Below, piece by piece: positions 17,744 to 27,545 of a stretch of 36,552 nt of DNA. A model generated the notes under the pieces. It was not told the DNA's origin, ran no database searches, and saw only the letters and a list, made by a program, of their open reading frames with translations. This DNA comes from an uncultured Planctomycetia bacterium (GTDB lineage Bacteria > Omnitrophota > Gorgyraeia > Kaelpiales > Kaelpiaceae), in contig CAZVIC010000002.1 in the NCBI GenBank assembly GCA_964627735.1, positions 1-36,552 of the forward strand, read 5' to 3'. Positions within the stretch are counted from its first letter, which is position 1. Each line of letters starts with the position of its first letter. Both the position numbers and the translations under genes were made by a program.

Positions 17744-18608
17744 GATTGTTGTAAAGATATTTTACCTTTTTTTTATAAACCTTCTTAAATTCTTACCACG
17801 CTCATTTTCTATAGAGCTTGCTCAGATACTCTCTCTTCTATACTACTTTCTTGCTAGAAAGCGTGCGGGTCTAATACGCGATAATCTCAAAGTCATTATG
17901 GGCTCTGACTTTAAAGAGTCTTCCGTTAGGCGTCTTTTCAAGAATTTTTCATTTTATTTAGTTGATTTTATGAGAGTTAGATCAGTAAGTGAAGATTTTT
18001 TTAAAAACTACTTTACTCTTGAAGGGGGGAAGGTAGTAGTAGAATCTTATAAGGTCTCTCCCGATGGTGTTGTAGCGTTAGGTATGCATCTTGGTAATTG
18101 GGAATTTTCCGGAGGCCATTTCTCTTATCTTGGTTATTCCGCTGCAGCTGTTGCTTTGGATCATTCTATAGAGTATGTAGACAGATTCTTTAAAGGGCAG
18201 AGAGATAGGCTTAGAATTGAAGAAATTCCTTTTAAAGATTCTTTTAATATTTGTCTTAAAAAGCTTAAAGAAGGCAAGATTGTCGGCTTTTTGAGCGATC
18301 GTGATTTTACAGGCAACTATGTAAGAGGCAGGCTCTTTGGTAGGGACTGCTATTTTCCAAAAGCTCCGTTTTTAATCTCTCTACGTGCTCAAGTTCCTAT
18401 TCTTATTGTAGTTACAGTTAGAGATGGCTTAGGTTATAAGACTATAATCAAAGGTCCTTTTATCTATAAGAGTTTTACTCTTAATGAGATGCGTAGAATT
18501 ATAGTCGATGTTAATAGGGTTGTAGAAGATTTGCTTAGAGATTATCCTGAACAATGGTTTTTCTTTCAGAGATTCTGGGAGAAGACCGAAGATGTTGTTA
18601 TTCTTTGA
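17736..18608 (+). CDS. LpxL/HtrB-family (lysophospholipid/lipid A) acyltransferase
   Basis: N-terminal TM helix, HX4E motif HLGNWE, SDRDF segment and C-terminal PEQWFFFQRFW, typical of the family. It overlaps the GT28 gene by 8 nt. Confidence 0.7.
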   Translation: MLKIVVKIFYLFFINLLKFLPRSFSIELAQILSLLYYFLARKRAGLIRDNLKVIMGSDFKESSVRRLFKNFSFYLVDFMRVRSVSEDFFKNYFTLEGGKVVVESYKVSPDGVVALGMHLGNWEFSGGHFSYLGYSAAAVALDHSIEYVDRFFKGQRDRLRIEEIPFKDSFNICLKKLKEGKIVGFLSDRDFTGNYVRGRLFGRDCYFPKAPFLISLRAQVPILIVVTVRDGLGYKTIIKGPFIYKSFTLNEMRRIIVDVNRVVEDLLRDYPEQWFFFQRFWEKTEDVVIL

Positions 18609-18622
18609 TTTTCTGGTATAAT
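18595..18622 (+). promoter_or_regulatory. Candidate promoter TTGTTA-16-TGgTATAAT (extended -10) for ugd
   Basis: TTGTTA 18595-18600 and TGGTATAAT 18614-18622, with ATG at 18653. Confidence 0.4.
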
Positions 18623-18652
18623 ATTAATCTAATTTCAAAAATAAGGTAAGCC

Positions 18653-20002
18653 ATGGAACTTAAAGAGAGACTCGATGTATCTGTTATAGGAGCTGGCTAC
18701 GTAGGTTTAGTTACAGGTGTAGCTTTGGCCGATCTGGGTCATAATGTTCTCTGTATGGATGTGGATAAATCCAAAATAGCAGAGATTGAAAAAGGTAAGA
18801 TCCCAATATATGAGCCGGGATTAGAAGAGTTGCTCCTGAAGAATAAGCAGGAAGGTCGTCTTAGGTTTAGCAGTTCAATAAAGGATGCAGTTAATCATGG
18901 TTTGGTAATATTTATAGCTGTAGGTACTCCACCTAAACCTAATGGTGAAGCTGATCTAAGTTATGTAGAGAACGTTGCCAGAGATATTGCTATCAATATG
19001 GACTCTTATCGTTTGATAGTAGAGAAGTCGACAGTGCCTGTTGAGACAGGTGAAAAAGTAAGACAGACCATGCAGCTTTATATCAAAGGTGAGGTTGATT
19101 TTGATGTTGCTTCAAATCCAGAGTTTTTAAGAGAGGGCTCAGCAGTAGCTGACTTTCTCCATCCCGATAGAATAGTTGTCGGAGTCGACAGCCCTAAAGC
19201 TAGAGATCTCCTGTTCTGTCTCTATAGTCCTTTGGCGGCCCCTATTATTGTTACCGATATTAAAAGCGCTGAGCTTATTAAGCATGCCTCTAATTCATTT
19301 TTAGCTCTTAAGATCTCTTTTATAAATGCGGTATCTAGGATATCTGAGATGGTTGGAGCAGATGTTGATAAAGTCGCAGAAGGTATGGGTATGGATAAGA
19401 GAATAGGAGAGAGGTTTTTGAAGGCTGGTATTGGTTATGGCGGTAGTTGTTTTCCTAAAGATGTTGATGCTTTTATTCATATCTCTGAGGTCTTAGGTTA
19501 CGATTTTAACCTACTTAAAGAGGTTAGAAAGATAAATGAAGAACAGCGTAAACTTGTTATAAAAAAAATAAAAGAAGGGCTCTGGATACTAAAAGATAAA
19601 AAAGTAGTTCTATGGGGCGTATCTTTTAAGCCTGAGACAGACGATGTGAGAGGTGCTCCGTCGATAGATATCATAGAGGATTTACTTAAAGAGGGAGCTA
19701 AAGTTGTAGCGGTTGATCCTCAAGCTTTGGATAGATTAAGAGAGGTTTTTAAGGACAGAATAAGCTATGTGCTTGATAAATATGAAGCAGCTAAAGATGC
19801 AGATTGCATCTTACTTACAACAGAATGGGATGATTTTAAAGATGTTGATTTTAAAAAATTAAAAGAGATTATGAGTCTTGCTTTTATTGTTGACGGTAGA
19901 AATCTCTACAAGCATTTAGAGCTTGATAGCCATGGTTTTTTATATCTTCCTTTCGGCAGCTCCGCATTGGGTAAACCTGTTGGGGGTAAGAAAATTTTAT
20001 GA
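18653..20002 (+). CDS. ugd: UDP-glucose 6-dehydrogenase
   Basis: Rossmann GAGYVGL, NPEFLREG and the catalytic Cys motif GGSCFPKD. 449 aa. Confidence 0.9.
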   Translation: MELKERLDVSVIGAGYVGLVTGVALADLGHNVLCMDVDKSKIAEIEKGKIPIYEPGLEELLLKNKQEGRLRFSSSIKDAVNHGLVIFIAVGTPPKPNGEADLSYVENVARDIAINMDSYRLIVEKSTVPVETGEKVRQTMQLYIKGEVDFDVASNPEFLREGSAVADFLHPDRIVVGVDSPKARDLLFCLYSPLAAPIIVTDIKSAELIKHASNSFLALKISFINAVSRISEMVGADVDKVAEGMGMDKRIGERFLKAGIGYGGSCFPKDVDAFIHISEVLGYDFNLLKEVRKINEEQRKLVIKKIKEGLWILKDKKVVLWGVSFKPETDDVRGAPSIDIIEDLLKEGAKVVAVDPQALDRLREVFKDRISYVLDKYEAAKDADCILLTTEWDDFKDVDFKKLKEIMSLAFIVDGRNLYKHLELDSHGFLYLPFGSSALGKPVGGKKIL

Positions 20003-20083
20003 TAGAGAGAGCTGGAATTAAAAAGTTGAGATTTCACGCTAAAGATATTGTTGAATGCTTAAAAAAAGGGGCGAGGTGACCAT

Positions 20084-20965
20084 ATGAATATCAAGGTGTA
20101 CCTAAAGCAGAGAAAAGAACTTATTGATGAGTATATTAAATGTGTCTTCCCGATCTATGGTGAGCCTGATAAGATTCATGAGGCATTGTGGTCCTCAATG
20201 TTTAATGGTGGAAAGAGGATAAGACCTATCATCATGCTTGCTATAGCCGACTTAGCTGGAGTAGGTCTTGAAAAAGTCTTGAATGCAGCAGCTGGAATTG
20301 AGATGATTCATTCTAGCACGCTTATACTTGATGATTTGCCTTCTATGGACGATGCTTTGCTTAGGCGCGGCAAACCTGCTTTGCATAAGGTCTATGGAGA
20401 GTCGACTGCTATTTTGACAGCCAATATACTTATGCTTGATGGTCTTAGGTTGATAACGGAGGATCTTATTAAGACAATAGAGGATAAAGAACAGCTGTTA
20501 GAGATAAATAGAGATCTTTTTGAAGGGATAGGTAAAGATGGTCTGATGTTAGGACAGTTTCTAGATCTTGCTCTCTCTGGTAAGAATATAAGCAAGAAAG
20601 AGGTGGAGAATGTTCACAAGAAGAAGACCTCCTCTCTTTTTACGCTCTCTTCTAAGGTGGCTGCATTGCTTTGCGGTCTCAATGAAAATCAGATTGAATC
20701 ATTGTTAAAATATGCTGAATCTTTTGGCATGATATTTCAAATAAGTGATGATCTTTTAGCTCTTGAGGGTATGGTTTCAAAGACTGGTAAAACCTCACTT
20801 AGAATGGATGTAAGCTCAAATTATATATCTGCCACTGGAAGCGAGGAAGCCAAGAGAAAGATAAGTGAATACACAAAGAAAGCTATCTCTGATGTTAAGA
20901 TTTTTAAAAAAGATAGCGAGCCTTTAGTTGAATTGGTCAAGCTTCTTAAAGAGAGGAGTGCTTAA
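20084..20965 (+). CDS. Short-chain trans-polyprenyl diphosphate synthase (GGPP/FPP synthase family) with divergent second Asp-rich motif
   Basis: GKRIRP and FARM LILDDLPSMDDALLRRGKP are canonical. The SARM region reads FQISDDLLALEG (DDxxA instead of DDxxD). Confidence 0.8.
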   Translation: MNIKVYLKQRKELIDEYIKCVFPIYGEPDKIHEALWSSMFNGGKRIRPIIMLAIADLAGVGLEKVLNAAAGIEMIHSSTLILDDLPSMDDALLRRGKPALHKVYGESTAILTANILMLDGLRLITEDLIKTIEDKEQLLEINRDLFEGIGKDGLMLGQFLDLALSGKNISKKEVENVHKKKTSSLFTLSSKVAALLCGLNENQIESLLKYAESFGMIFQISDDLLALEGMVSKTGKTSLRMDVSSNYISATGSEEAKRKISEYTKKAISDVKIFKKDSEPLVELVKLLKERSA

Positions 20966-20970
20966 AAAGT

Positions 20971-22008
20971 ATGAAAGTTTTGATTTCAGGTGCTGCTGGG
21001 ATGGTCGGTTCTAATTGTGCTGAGTTTTATGCTGGAGAAGGCAATGAGGTTGTAGGCGTAGACAATCTTATGCGTTCAAAGCTTTTTGGGAGTGATAAAA
21101 AATCGGTTGAATATAACTGGGAGTATCTCTCTGGTTTAAAAAATATAGAAAGAGTCTATCTGGATATTAGAGATAAGGATGGATTAGAAGATGTTTTCAA
21201 GAAAAATGATTTTGAACTTATAATACATACTGCAGCTCAACCGGGTGTTGGCTATTCGGTAGAGAATCCAGCTGAGGATTTTAGTATTAATGCGGTAGGT
21301 ACTTTTAATATGCTAGAGGCGACAAGAAAGCATGCTCCTGAAGCTTCTTTTATCTTCTGTTCTACAAATAAAGTTTATGGTGAGAATGTATCTAAATATG
21401 AATTAGTAGAGAGTGAGAAAAGATATTCTTTTAAAGATATAAAAGGAATATCTGAAAATACAGGTATAGACCTTGTTCCCCATACTCCATATGGTGTGAG
21501 TAAATATATAGGTGATATCTATCTCCAGGAATATATAGATACCTATGGTATTAGAGGCTGTATCTTTAGGATGAGTTGTATTTATGGAAGGCGTCAGTTT
21601 GGGTTTGAAGACCAGGGTTGGTTAGCCTGGTTTCTAATAGCTGCTGTCATGAACAAGAAAATAACTATCTATGGAGATGGAAAGCAGGTTAGAGATATAT
21701 TATTTGTAGATGATCTGGTAAAAGCTTTCAATGCTTTTCATATTTCAGGTAAAAAATCTGGATTATACAATATTGGTGGCGGTCCTGAAAATACCACATC
21801 ACTCATTGAGTATCTATCTCTTCTTGAAGATGTTCTTGCGCTTAAGATGGATAAATCATTTTCAGATTGGCGTCCTTCTGATCAGAAGGTATATATATCC
21901 GATATTACTAAGGTAAAATCTGAGCTTAATTGGGCCCCCTCTATAAAACTGGATAAGGGTTTAAACTATCTCGTTGAGTGGGTAAGTAAGAATAGAGATC
22001 TTTTTTAA
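20971..22008 (+). CDS. NAD-dependent sugar-nucleotide epimerase, CDP-paratose 2-epimerase (RfbE)-like SDR
   Basis: GAAGMVGSN, STNKVYG, YGVSKY (YxxxK), RRQFGFEDQGWLAWF and GDGKQVRD parallel Salmonella RfbE as I recall it. Confidence 0.75.
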   Translation: MKVLISGAAGMVGSNCAEFYAGEGNEVVGVDNLMRSKLFGSDKKSVEYNWEYLSGLKNIERVYLDIRDKDGLEDVFKKNDFELIIHTAAQPGVGYSVENPAEDFSINAVGTFNMLEATRKHAPEASFIFCSTNKVYGENVSKYELVESEKRYSFKDIKGISENTGIDLVPHTPYGVSKYIGDIYLQEYIDTYGIRGCIFRMSCIYGRRQFGFEDQGWLAWFLIAAVMNKKITIYGDGKQVRDILFVDDLVKAFNAFHISGKKSGLYNIGGGPENTTSLIEYLSLLEDVLALKMDKSFSDWRPSDQKVYISDITKVKSELNWAPSIKLDKGLNYLVEWVSKNRDLF

Positions 22009-22010
22009 GT

Positions 22011-22562
22011 ATGAGGCCTGTATTTCTTGATCGCGATGGGGTTATAAATAGGGAGCCGTCAGATTTCGGTTCTGATTATGTAAGAAACGTTGAGCAGTTT
22101 GAGATTCTTCCTCATGTAGCTGAAGGCTTAAAACTCCTAATAGAAAATGGTTATGATATTTATTTGATATCGAATCAGGCTGGAGTTAGCAAAGGTTTTT
22201 ATACGGAAGATACTCTTAATAGTATTAATTCTATTATGGAGAGAGAGTTTTTAAAATATGGTGTTAAGCTTAAAGATGTAAGATATTGTTTGCATCAGGA
22301 TTCCGATGATTGTGAGTGTAGAAAACCTAAGACAAAGATGTTTGAAGAGGTTGTTAATGATTACGACAATCTAGAGAGAGAGAAACTTTTTTATATAGGT
22401 GATACTAAAAGAGACGTAGAGAGTGCCAAAAACTTTGGAATAAGCTCAGTGCTTGTTTTAAGCGGTAAGACTAAAATAGAGAAAGTTTTTAATGTTAATG
22501 CTGGAGCAGATTTTGTGGCTAAGGATCTATATGATGCTGTTAAAAATATAATCTTAAAATGA
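22011..22562 (+). CDS. gmhB: D-glycero-D-manno-heptose 1,7-bisphosphate phosphatase (HAD-IIIA)
   Basis: FLDRDGVIN, SNQAGV, the Zn motif CLHQDSDDCECRKP and GDTKRD. Confidence 0.85.
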   Translation: MRPVFLDRDGVINREPSDFGSDYVRNVEQFEILPHVAEGLKLLIENGYDIYLISNQAGVSKGFYTEDTLNSINSIMEREFLKYGVKLKDVRYCLHQDSDDCECRKPKTKMFEEVVNDYDNLEREKLFYIGDTKRDVESAKNFGISSVLVLSGKTKIEKVFNVNAGADFVAKDLYDAVKNIILK

Positions 22563-23167
22563 AAAAGGATTTTATTATGCCTAAAGAGAAAAGTTATTAC
22601 TTAGATAGTCTCCGCAAGAAAGTAGAGAAGTGTAAAAAGTGTGCACTCCATTTAAGTAGAAATAATGTTGTCTTTGGTGAAGGTGATCCCGGTGCGCGTC
22701 TACTCTTTATTGGGGAGGCTCCTGGGGCTGATGAGGATATGCAGGCTCGTCCATTCGTAGGCAGGTCTGGACAGCTATTGATGAAGATTGTAGCTGCGAT
22801 GGGTCTTAAGAGGGAAGAGGTATATATAGCGAATATACTTAAATGTAGGCCTCCTGGGAATAGAGATCCTCATCCTCACGAAGTTGAGGAGTGTATCCAT
22901 TATCTTTTCATGCAACTGGATATTGTAAAGCCTGAGATAGTAGTTGTGTTAGGCCGGGTTGCAGGCATGACCCTTTTTGGAAAGAATTTCTCTATCACAA
23001 AAGAGCGTGGTAATATTCTTGAATTTAGAGGTATACCTGTTATTCCAACATTTCATCCGGCATATCTTCTTATGAATCCCAAAGCAAAGAAGTTGACTTG
23101 GGATGACATGAAGAAAGTTTTAGGCGAACTTGACTTGCCGGTCCCAGAAGTTAAAGTCAGTAAATAG
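22559..23167 (+). CDS. Family 4 uracil-DNA glycosylase (Fe-S)
   Basis: CKKCALH, GEAPGADED, FVGRSGQLL, LKCRPP and HPAYLL motifs. Confidence 0.88.
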   Translation: MKKDFIMPKEKSYYLDSLRKKVEKCKKCALHLSRNNVVFGEGDPGARLLFIGEAPGADEDMQARPFVGRSGQLLMKIVAAMGLKREEVYIANILKCRPPGNRDPHPHEVEECIHYLFMQLDIVKPEIVVVLGRVAGMTLFGKNFSITKERGNILEFRGIPVIPTFHPAYLLMNPKAKKLTWDDMKKVLGELDLPVPEVKVSK

Positions 23168-23211
23168 TAAGTTGATCTTTTAGTCGAAAAGATATTCTAA
23201 TTTAAAATAAA

Positions 23212-25206
23212 ATGGATAAGGTACTTATAAATGTTGTTTTTGGATTAGCTGTAGACAGAGTATTCTCTTATTCATTGCCTTCTAATATATCTGAAATTGA
23301 GATAGGTTCTCGGGTAAAAGCTCCGTTTAGAAACAGTGTTAAGGTAGGCTATGTTGTAAGTGTTAATAGAAACGGTAAGAGTTTTTCTGGATTAAGAGAT
23401 ATTATAGAGTTGCTGGATGATAAGCCTCTGCTTAATAAAGAGATGCTTCAGTTGAGTGAATGGATCTCATCTTACTACTATAGTAGTTGGGGCGAGGCTA
23501 TAGAGGCTATAGTACCCTCTGTATTAAGAAAGGGCAGAGATAGTAGTGGGCCAAGAAAAGACTATCTATCTTTAGCAGACGATAGTTTTATAAGGCCTAC
23601 TGTTTTGACGAAAGATCAGGAAGAAGTTTTAAAGGAGATAGATAGAAGCATAGGTTCTTTCAGTAGTTTTTTGCTTCACGGTGTTACTGGTTCAGGTAAG
23701 ACTGAGGTCTATATTAGAGTTATTGAAAAGGTTCTAGAGAGAGGTCAGTCTGCTATAGTGCTTGTTCCGGAGATTGCATTAACTCCTCAGACTATATCTA
23801 GGTTTAAGAAGTGCTTAGGCGATAAGATATCTGTACTCCATAGCCGTCTAACCGAGGCTCAGCGTTTTAAAGAATGGGAGAAGTTAAAAGATAAAACAAA
23901 TAGGATTGCTATTGGTACTAGATCAGCTATTTTTGCTCCACTTGAGAACCTTGGGCTTATAGTCCTAGATGAAGAACATGATTCAAGCTATAAACAGAAT
24001 GAGACCCCGCGTTATCATGCTAGAGAAGTTGCATTAAAAAGAGCTCGGATAAATAATTGTCCTATTATACTAGGCTCAGCGACTCCAGCACTGGAATCTT
24101 ACTATAAGGCTCAGAGAAAAGAACATATCTTACTTAGGCTTCCTAAGCGCGTTAAAGAGCAGAGCCTTCCTGTGGTCGGAGTTGTAGATCTAAAGACGAT
24201 AAAAAAGAAGAGTATCTCCAATATGATATTTACAACTCCTCTAAGAATTAAACTGGAGGAGGTTTTGAGTAGAAACATGCAGGCGATACTTTTTTTGAAT
24301 AGGCGAGGTTTTTCTACCTTTATCTATTGTCAGAATTGCGGTTATATTGCAAAGTGTAAAAGATGTGATCTGGCTTTAACCTACCATATGAAGACCAAAG
24401 AACTTATATGTCACTACTGCAATTATAAAGATAATCTTCCTGATTTATGTCCTCAGTGTCGTAATAAATATTTAAGTTTACGGGGCATAGGTACCCAGAG
24501 AGTTGTCTCTGAACTAAGCAAGCTTTTTCCTTTTGCTAAAGTTGAGCGAATTGATTCTGATTCTCTAGCCAAAAAGGGTAAGTTAGATGAGATAATCAGT
24601 CGGTTTAGAGAGAGGAAGATTGATATCTTGGTAGGTACTCAGATAGTGGCCAAAGGGCATGACTTTCCTCATGTTGAGCTTGTTGGCATTATCTTGGCCG
24701 ATCTATCGTTAAATATAGTTGATTTCAGGTCCGGAGAGAGAACGTTCTCTCTTATTACTCAGGTTGCTGGGCGTTCTGGGCGAGGTGATAATAGGGGTGC
24801 TGTCATAATTCAAACCTATAATCCAGAGCATTTTACTATTAAGACAAGCGTAGACCATGATTATGAGAGTTTCTATGCTCAGGAGATAAAGAGAAGAGAG
24901 GATACTGGTTTCCCTCCTTTCTCTGAATTAATCAAAATAGAGTTTCGTCATAAAGATGAGAAAAAAGTAAAAAAAGTTGCGGAGAGTGTCAAAGCTAAGC
25001 TATTAGAGCCCTCAGATAGTGTGGTCGATATTCTAGGACCTGCGCCTAGCCCTATTAAAAAGAGAAAAGATGTTTACCGTTGGAATTTAATTATTAAGAC
25101 TAAAAATGTTGAACAAATATCCAGACTCTTGTATAACATTATTGGTTATAACAGACGCTTGGAAGGTGTTAATATAATAGTTGATGTAGACCCTTATGAG
25201 CTCTAA
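23212..25206 (+). CDS. priA: Primosomal replication restart helicase PriA
   Basis: Walker A GVTGSGKTEVY, DEEHD and the Cys-rich zinc region CQNCG..CKRCD..CHYC..CPQC. 664 aa. Confidence 0.93.
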   Translation: MDKVLINVVFGLAVDRVFSYSLPSNISEIEIGSRVKAPFRNSVKVGYVVSVNRNGKSFSGLRDIIELLDDKPLLNKEMLQLSEWISSYYYSSWGEAIEAIVPSVLRKGRDSSGPRKDYLSLADDSFIRPTVLTKDQEEVLKEIDRSIGSFSSFLLHGVTGSGKTEVYIRVIEKVLERGQSAIVLVPEIALTPQTISRFKKCLGDKISVLHSRLTEAQRFKEWEKLKDKTNRIAIGTRSAIFAPLENLGLIVLDEEHDSSYKQNETPRYHAREVALKRARINNCPIILGSATPALESYYKAQRKEHILLRLPKRVKEQSLPVVGVVDLKTIKKKSISNMIFTTPLRIKLEEVLSRNMQAILFLNRRGFSTFIYCQNCGYIAKCKRCDLALTYHMKTKELICHYCNYKDNLPDLCPQCRNKYLSLRGIGTQRVVSELSKLFPFAKVERIDSDSLAKKGKLDEIISRFRERKIDILVGTQIVAKGHDFPHVELVGIILADLSLNIVDFRSGERTFSLITQVAGRSGRGDNRGAVIIQTYNPEHFTIKTSVDHDYESFYAQEIKRREDTGFPPFSELIKIEFRHKDEKKVKKVAESVKAKLLEPSDSVVDILGPAPSPIKKRKDVYRWNLIIKTKNVEQISRLLYNIIGYNRRLEGVNIIVDVDPYEL

Positions 25207-25702
25207 AGATCTTAAGAGAGAGGTTGTTGAGTATCCTAGTGTGGTTTTAAAAAACAAGACTAGGCCTGTTAAGGTCGTAGATGAAGAGGTCCTTAAAATT
25301 ATAAGACGTATGGCGGCTGCTATGTTTAAAACTCAAGGAGTGGGTCTCTCAGCTAATCAAATTGGTCAGGATTTAAGGGTATTTGTTGCCTCTCCTCGGT
25401 TAAAGAGAGAAGAGGTCTATATTTTTATAAACCCTAGGATTACAAGTAGAAGTGGGGTTCAGACAGACCATGAGGGTTGTCTCTCTGTTCCTGGGTTTGG
25501 TGCTTTTATTAAAAGATATAACAAGGTTACAGTAGAGGCAAAAGATATTGAAGGCAATGATTTTAAGATGAAGGCAGAGGGTTTAATGGCTAGAATTATT
25601 CAACATGAGATGGATCATTTAAATGGAAGAATATTTATTCAGAGGTTGCCTTACAAGGAACGTAAAAAGTATTTAAGAGCTATTTTAAAAAGAGAAAGAT
25701 GA
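25196..25702 (+). CDS. def: Peptide deformylase
   Basis: All three signature motifs are present: GVGLSANQIG, EGCLSVPG and QHEMDHLNG. Confidence 0.95.
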   Translation: MSSKDLKREVVEYPSVVLKNKTRPVKVVDEEVLKIIRRMAAAMFKTQGVGLSANQIGQDLRVFVASPRLKREEVYIFINPRITSRSGVQTDHEGCLSVPGFGAFIKRYNKVTVEAKDIEGNDFKMKAEGLMARIIQHEMDHLNGRIFIQRLPYKERKKYLRAILKRER

Positions 25703-26640
25703 ATATTGTTTTTTTTGGATCAGGAAAATTTGCAATCCCGGCTCTAAGGTTTATCTTAGACAAAGAGCCTCTCTGTTTGAAGGCTGTTATTACTCAGTCT
25801 GATAGAAAGGCAAAGAGAGGTATGTATTATCAACCTACAGAGGTAGGGAGTTTTATAGCTTCATCTGGTTTTAAGGGTGAAGTTTTTAAACCCCTCAATG
25901 TAAATGCAAAAGATTCTATTTTAAAAATAGAAAGTTTCTCCCCGGATCTATTTATAGTTGCATCCTATGGTAGTATTATCTCAAAAGAGCTTTTGGGTTT
26001 AGCTTCTATTATGCCTTTAAATATCCATAGTTCGTTCTTACCTAACTATAGAGGGGCTGCTCCTATTAATTGGGCAATTGTAAACGGAGAGAGGGATACT
26101 GGTGTTACTCTCTTTAAGATGAACGAGAAGCTTGATACAGGAGATATAGTTGCCAAGAAAAAAATAGCTATTACTGAAGATATAGATGCTATCTCTTTAG
26201 AGGAAATATTGGCCAATGAATCAGTCGAGCTTTTAGAGCAAACTTTAGACTCTTTAAAGAGAGGAGATATTAAGCTCTATCCTCAAGAGGGAGAGTCAAG
26301 TTATGCTCCAAAGTTGAAGAAAGAGGATGGTTTAATAGATTGGAGTCTTAGTGCGGTTGATATTTATAACAAGGTTCGGGGTCTATTGCCCTGGCCAGGT
26401 GGATTTAGCTATTTAGACTCTAAGTTGCTTAAAATATATAAAGCCAGGGTGGATTTAAAAGAGCATCAAGATGCCAGTCCGGCTGAGATAGTTAGAATTA
26501 GCGATGATTCTTTCAGCGTCAAATGTGGCCTGGGAAGCCTTGATATCTTAGATTTACAGCTTGAAGGCAAGAAGAGGATGGTTGCCAGAGAGTTTCTATT
26601 AGGACATAGAATAGAGCTAGGAATGAAACTCGGTGCTTGA
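25699..26640 (+). CDS. fmt: Methionyl-tRNA formyltransferase
   Basis: HSSFLPNYRGAAPINWAI, a C-terminal formyl-transferase domain, and the classic def-fmt order with an ATGA overlap. Confidence 0.93.
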   Translation: MNIVFFGSGKFAIPALRFILDKEPLCLKAVITQSDRKAKRGMYYQPTEVGSFIASSGFKGEVFKPLNVNAKDSILKIESFSPDLFIVASYGSIISKELLGLASIMPLNIHSSFLPNYRGAAPINWAIVNGERDTGVTLFKMNEKLDTGDIVAKKKIAITEDIDAISLEEILANESVELLEQTLDSLKRGDIKLYPQEGESSYAPKLKKEDGLIDWSLSAVDIYNKVRGLLPWPGGFSYLDSKLLKIYKARVDLKEHQDASPAEIVRISDDSFSVKCGLGSLDILDLQLEGKKRMVAREFLLGHRIELGMKLGA

Positions 26641-26674
26641 AAATGGGCATGGGAATGATATAATATCCGTTAAT

Positions 26675-27544
26675 ATGAAAAGAATAATTGTAATTAGCGC
26701 TCTTTTTTTAGTCCTGTTTTTAAATATTTCTTCTTACGGAGAGGATTTAATAGCGGTAAAGATTGTTAGATACGATAGTCACTATAGCTTTATAGTGATA
26801 GATAAAGGTTCAGTTGATGGCATGGAATCTGGAATGGAATTTGTTGTTGTAAAAGACGGAGCTGAGATAGGTAGGATACAGGTAGTCAAAGTAAAGGAGA
26901 ATGTGTCGGCCTGCGACGTGAGAGAGATGATGAGTGAAGCTTATCTTAAAGATGGCGATATTATTACGATATATCCATATGGAGCTACTATATCACCTAA
27001 GGAGGCTTTGGAGGGAAAAGACAAGAGAGAAGAGCCTTTAGAGGATCAACCTATAACCAAAGGTTCTTATAGAAAGTCATTGTTTGATATGCCTTCTGAA
27101 GTCCAAGGCAGAAGCATACAGGAGGTTATGTGGGTTAAGGATTTAGAGGGTGAGGTTGTAACAGTCGATGTTCTTGCAGGCAGTGATCTTACTTTCTATG
27201 TTTTAAGAGATGTCTTTGAGGAGCATGAGATAATAGTTACTCATTCTAATAGACTACAAGGTACTCTTACCGGATTTAAGACTGTAGGGATGAGTTTTTT
27301 CAAGGAATTGTTTGCAGATTTTGTCGGATCTAAAGAGAAAAAGATTGTCTATGATGTCTTTGTTCAAAACACAGGTCCAAATACGTCTAAAGTCAATATT
27401 GGCCTTAAGTATATTGCCTATAGTAGGTCTGATGTTTCAAAGGCCAAAGCTATAAAGCGCGGCAGGTATCTCTCTGAGGTACAGAGTATGCTTAATAAAG
27501 TAAAAAAGAAAACAGCTAAAATTCAAGCAGAATGGGGAGAATAG
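26675..27544 (+). CDS. Secreted hypothetical protein (signal peptide plus beta-rich domains)
   Basis: MKRIIVISALFLVLFLNISS looks like a signal peptide, so ATG 26675 is preferred over the listed upstream alternative start at 26633. No motif is recognised beyond a GxxDGMxxGMEFVV..G.I.VVKV beta-barrel-like N-domain. Confidence 0.55.
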   Translation: MKRIIVISALFLVLFLNISSYGEDLIAVKIVRYDSHYSFIVIDKGSVDGMESGMEFVVVKDGAEIGRIQVVKVKENVSACDVREMMSEAYLKDGDIITIYPYGATISPKEALEGKDKREEPLEDQPITKGSYRKSLFDMPSEVQGRSIQEVMWVKDLEGEVVTVDVLAGSDLTFYVLRDVFEEHEIIVTHSNRLQGTLTGFKTVGMSFFKELFADFVGSKEKKIVYDVFVQNTGPNTSKVNIGLKYIAYSRSDVSKAKAIKRGRYLSEVQSMLNKVKKKTAKIQAEWGE

Positions 27545-27545
27545 C

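Noticed and set aside
23175-23193. Hairpin ATCTTTT-AGTCG-AAAAGAT after the uracil-DNA glycosylase gene, considered as a terminator
   Set aside because: The stem is almost entirely A-T and there is no clean U-tract, so it is too weak to call.
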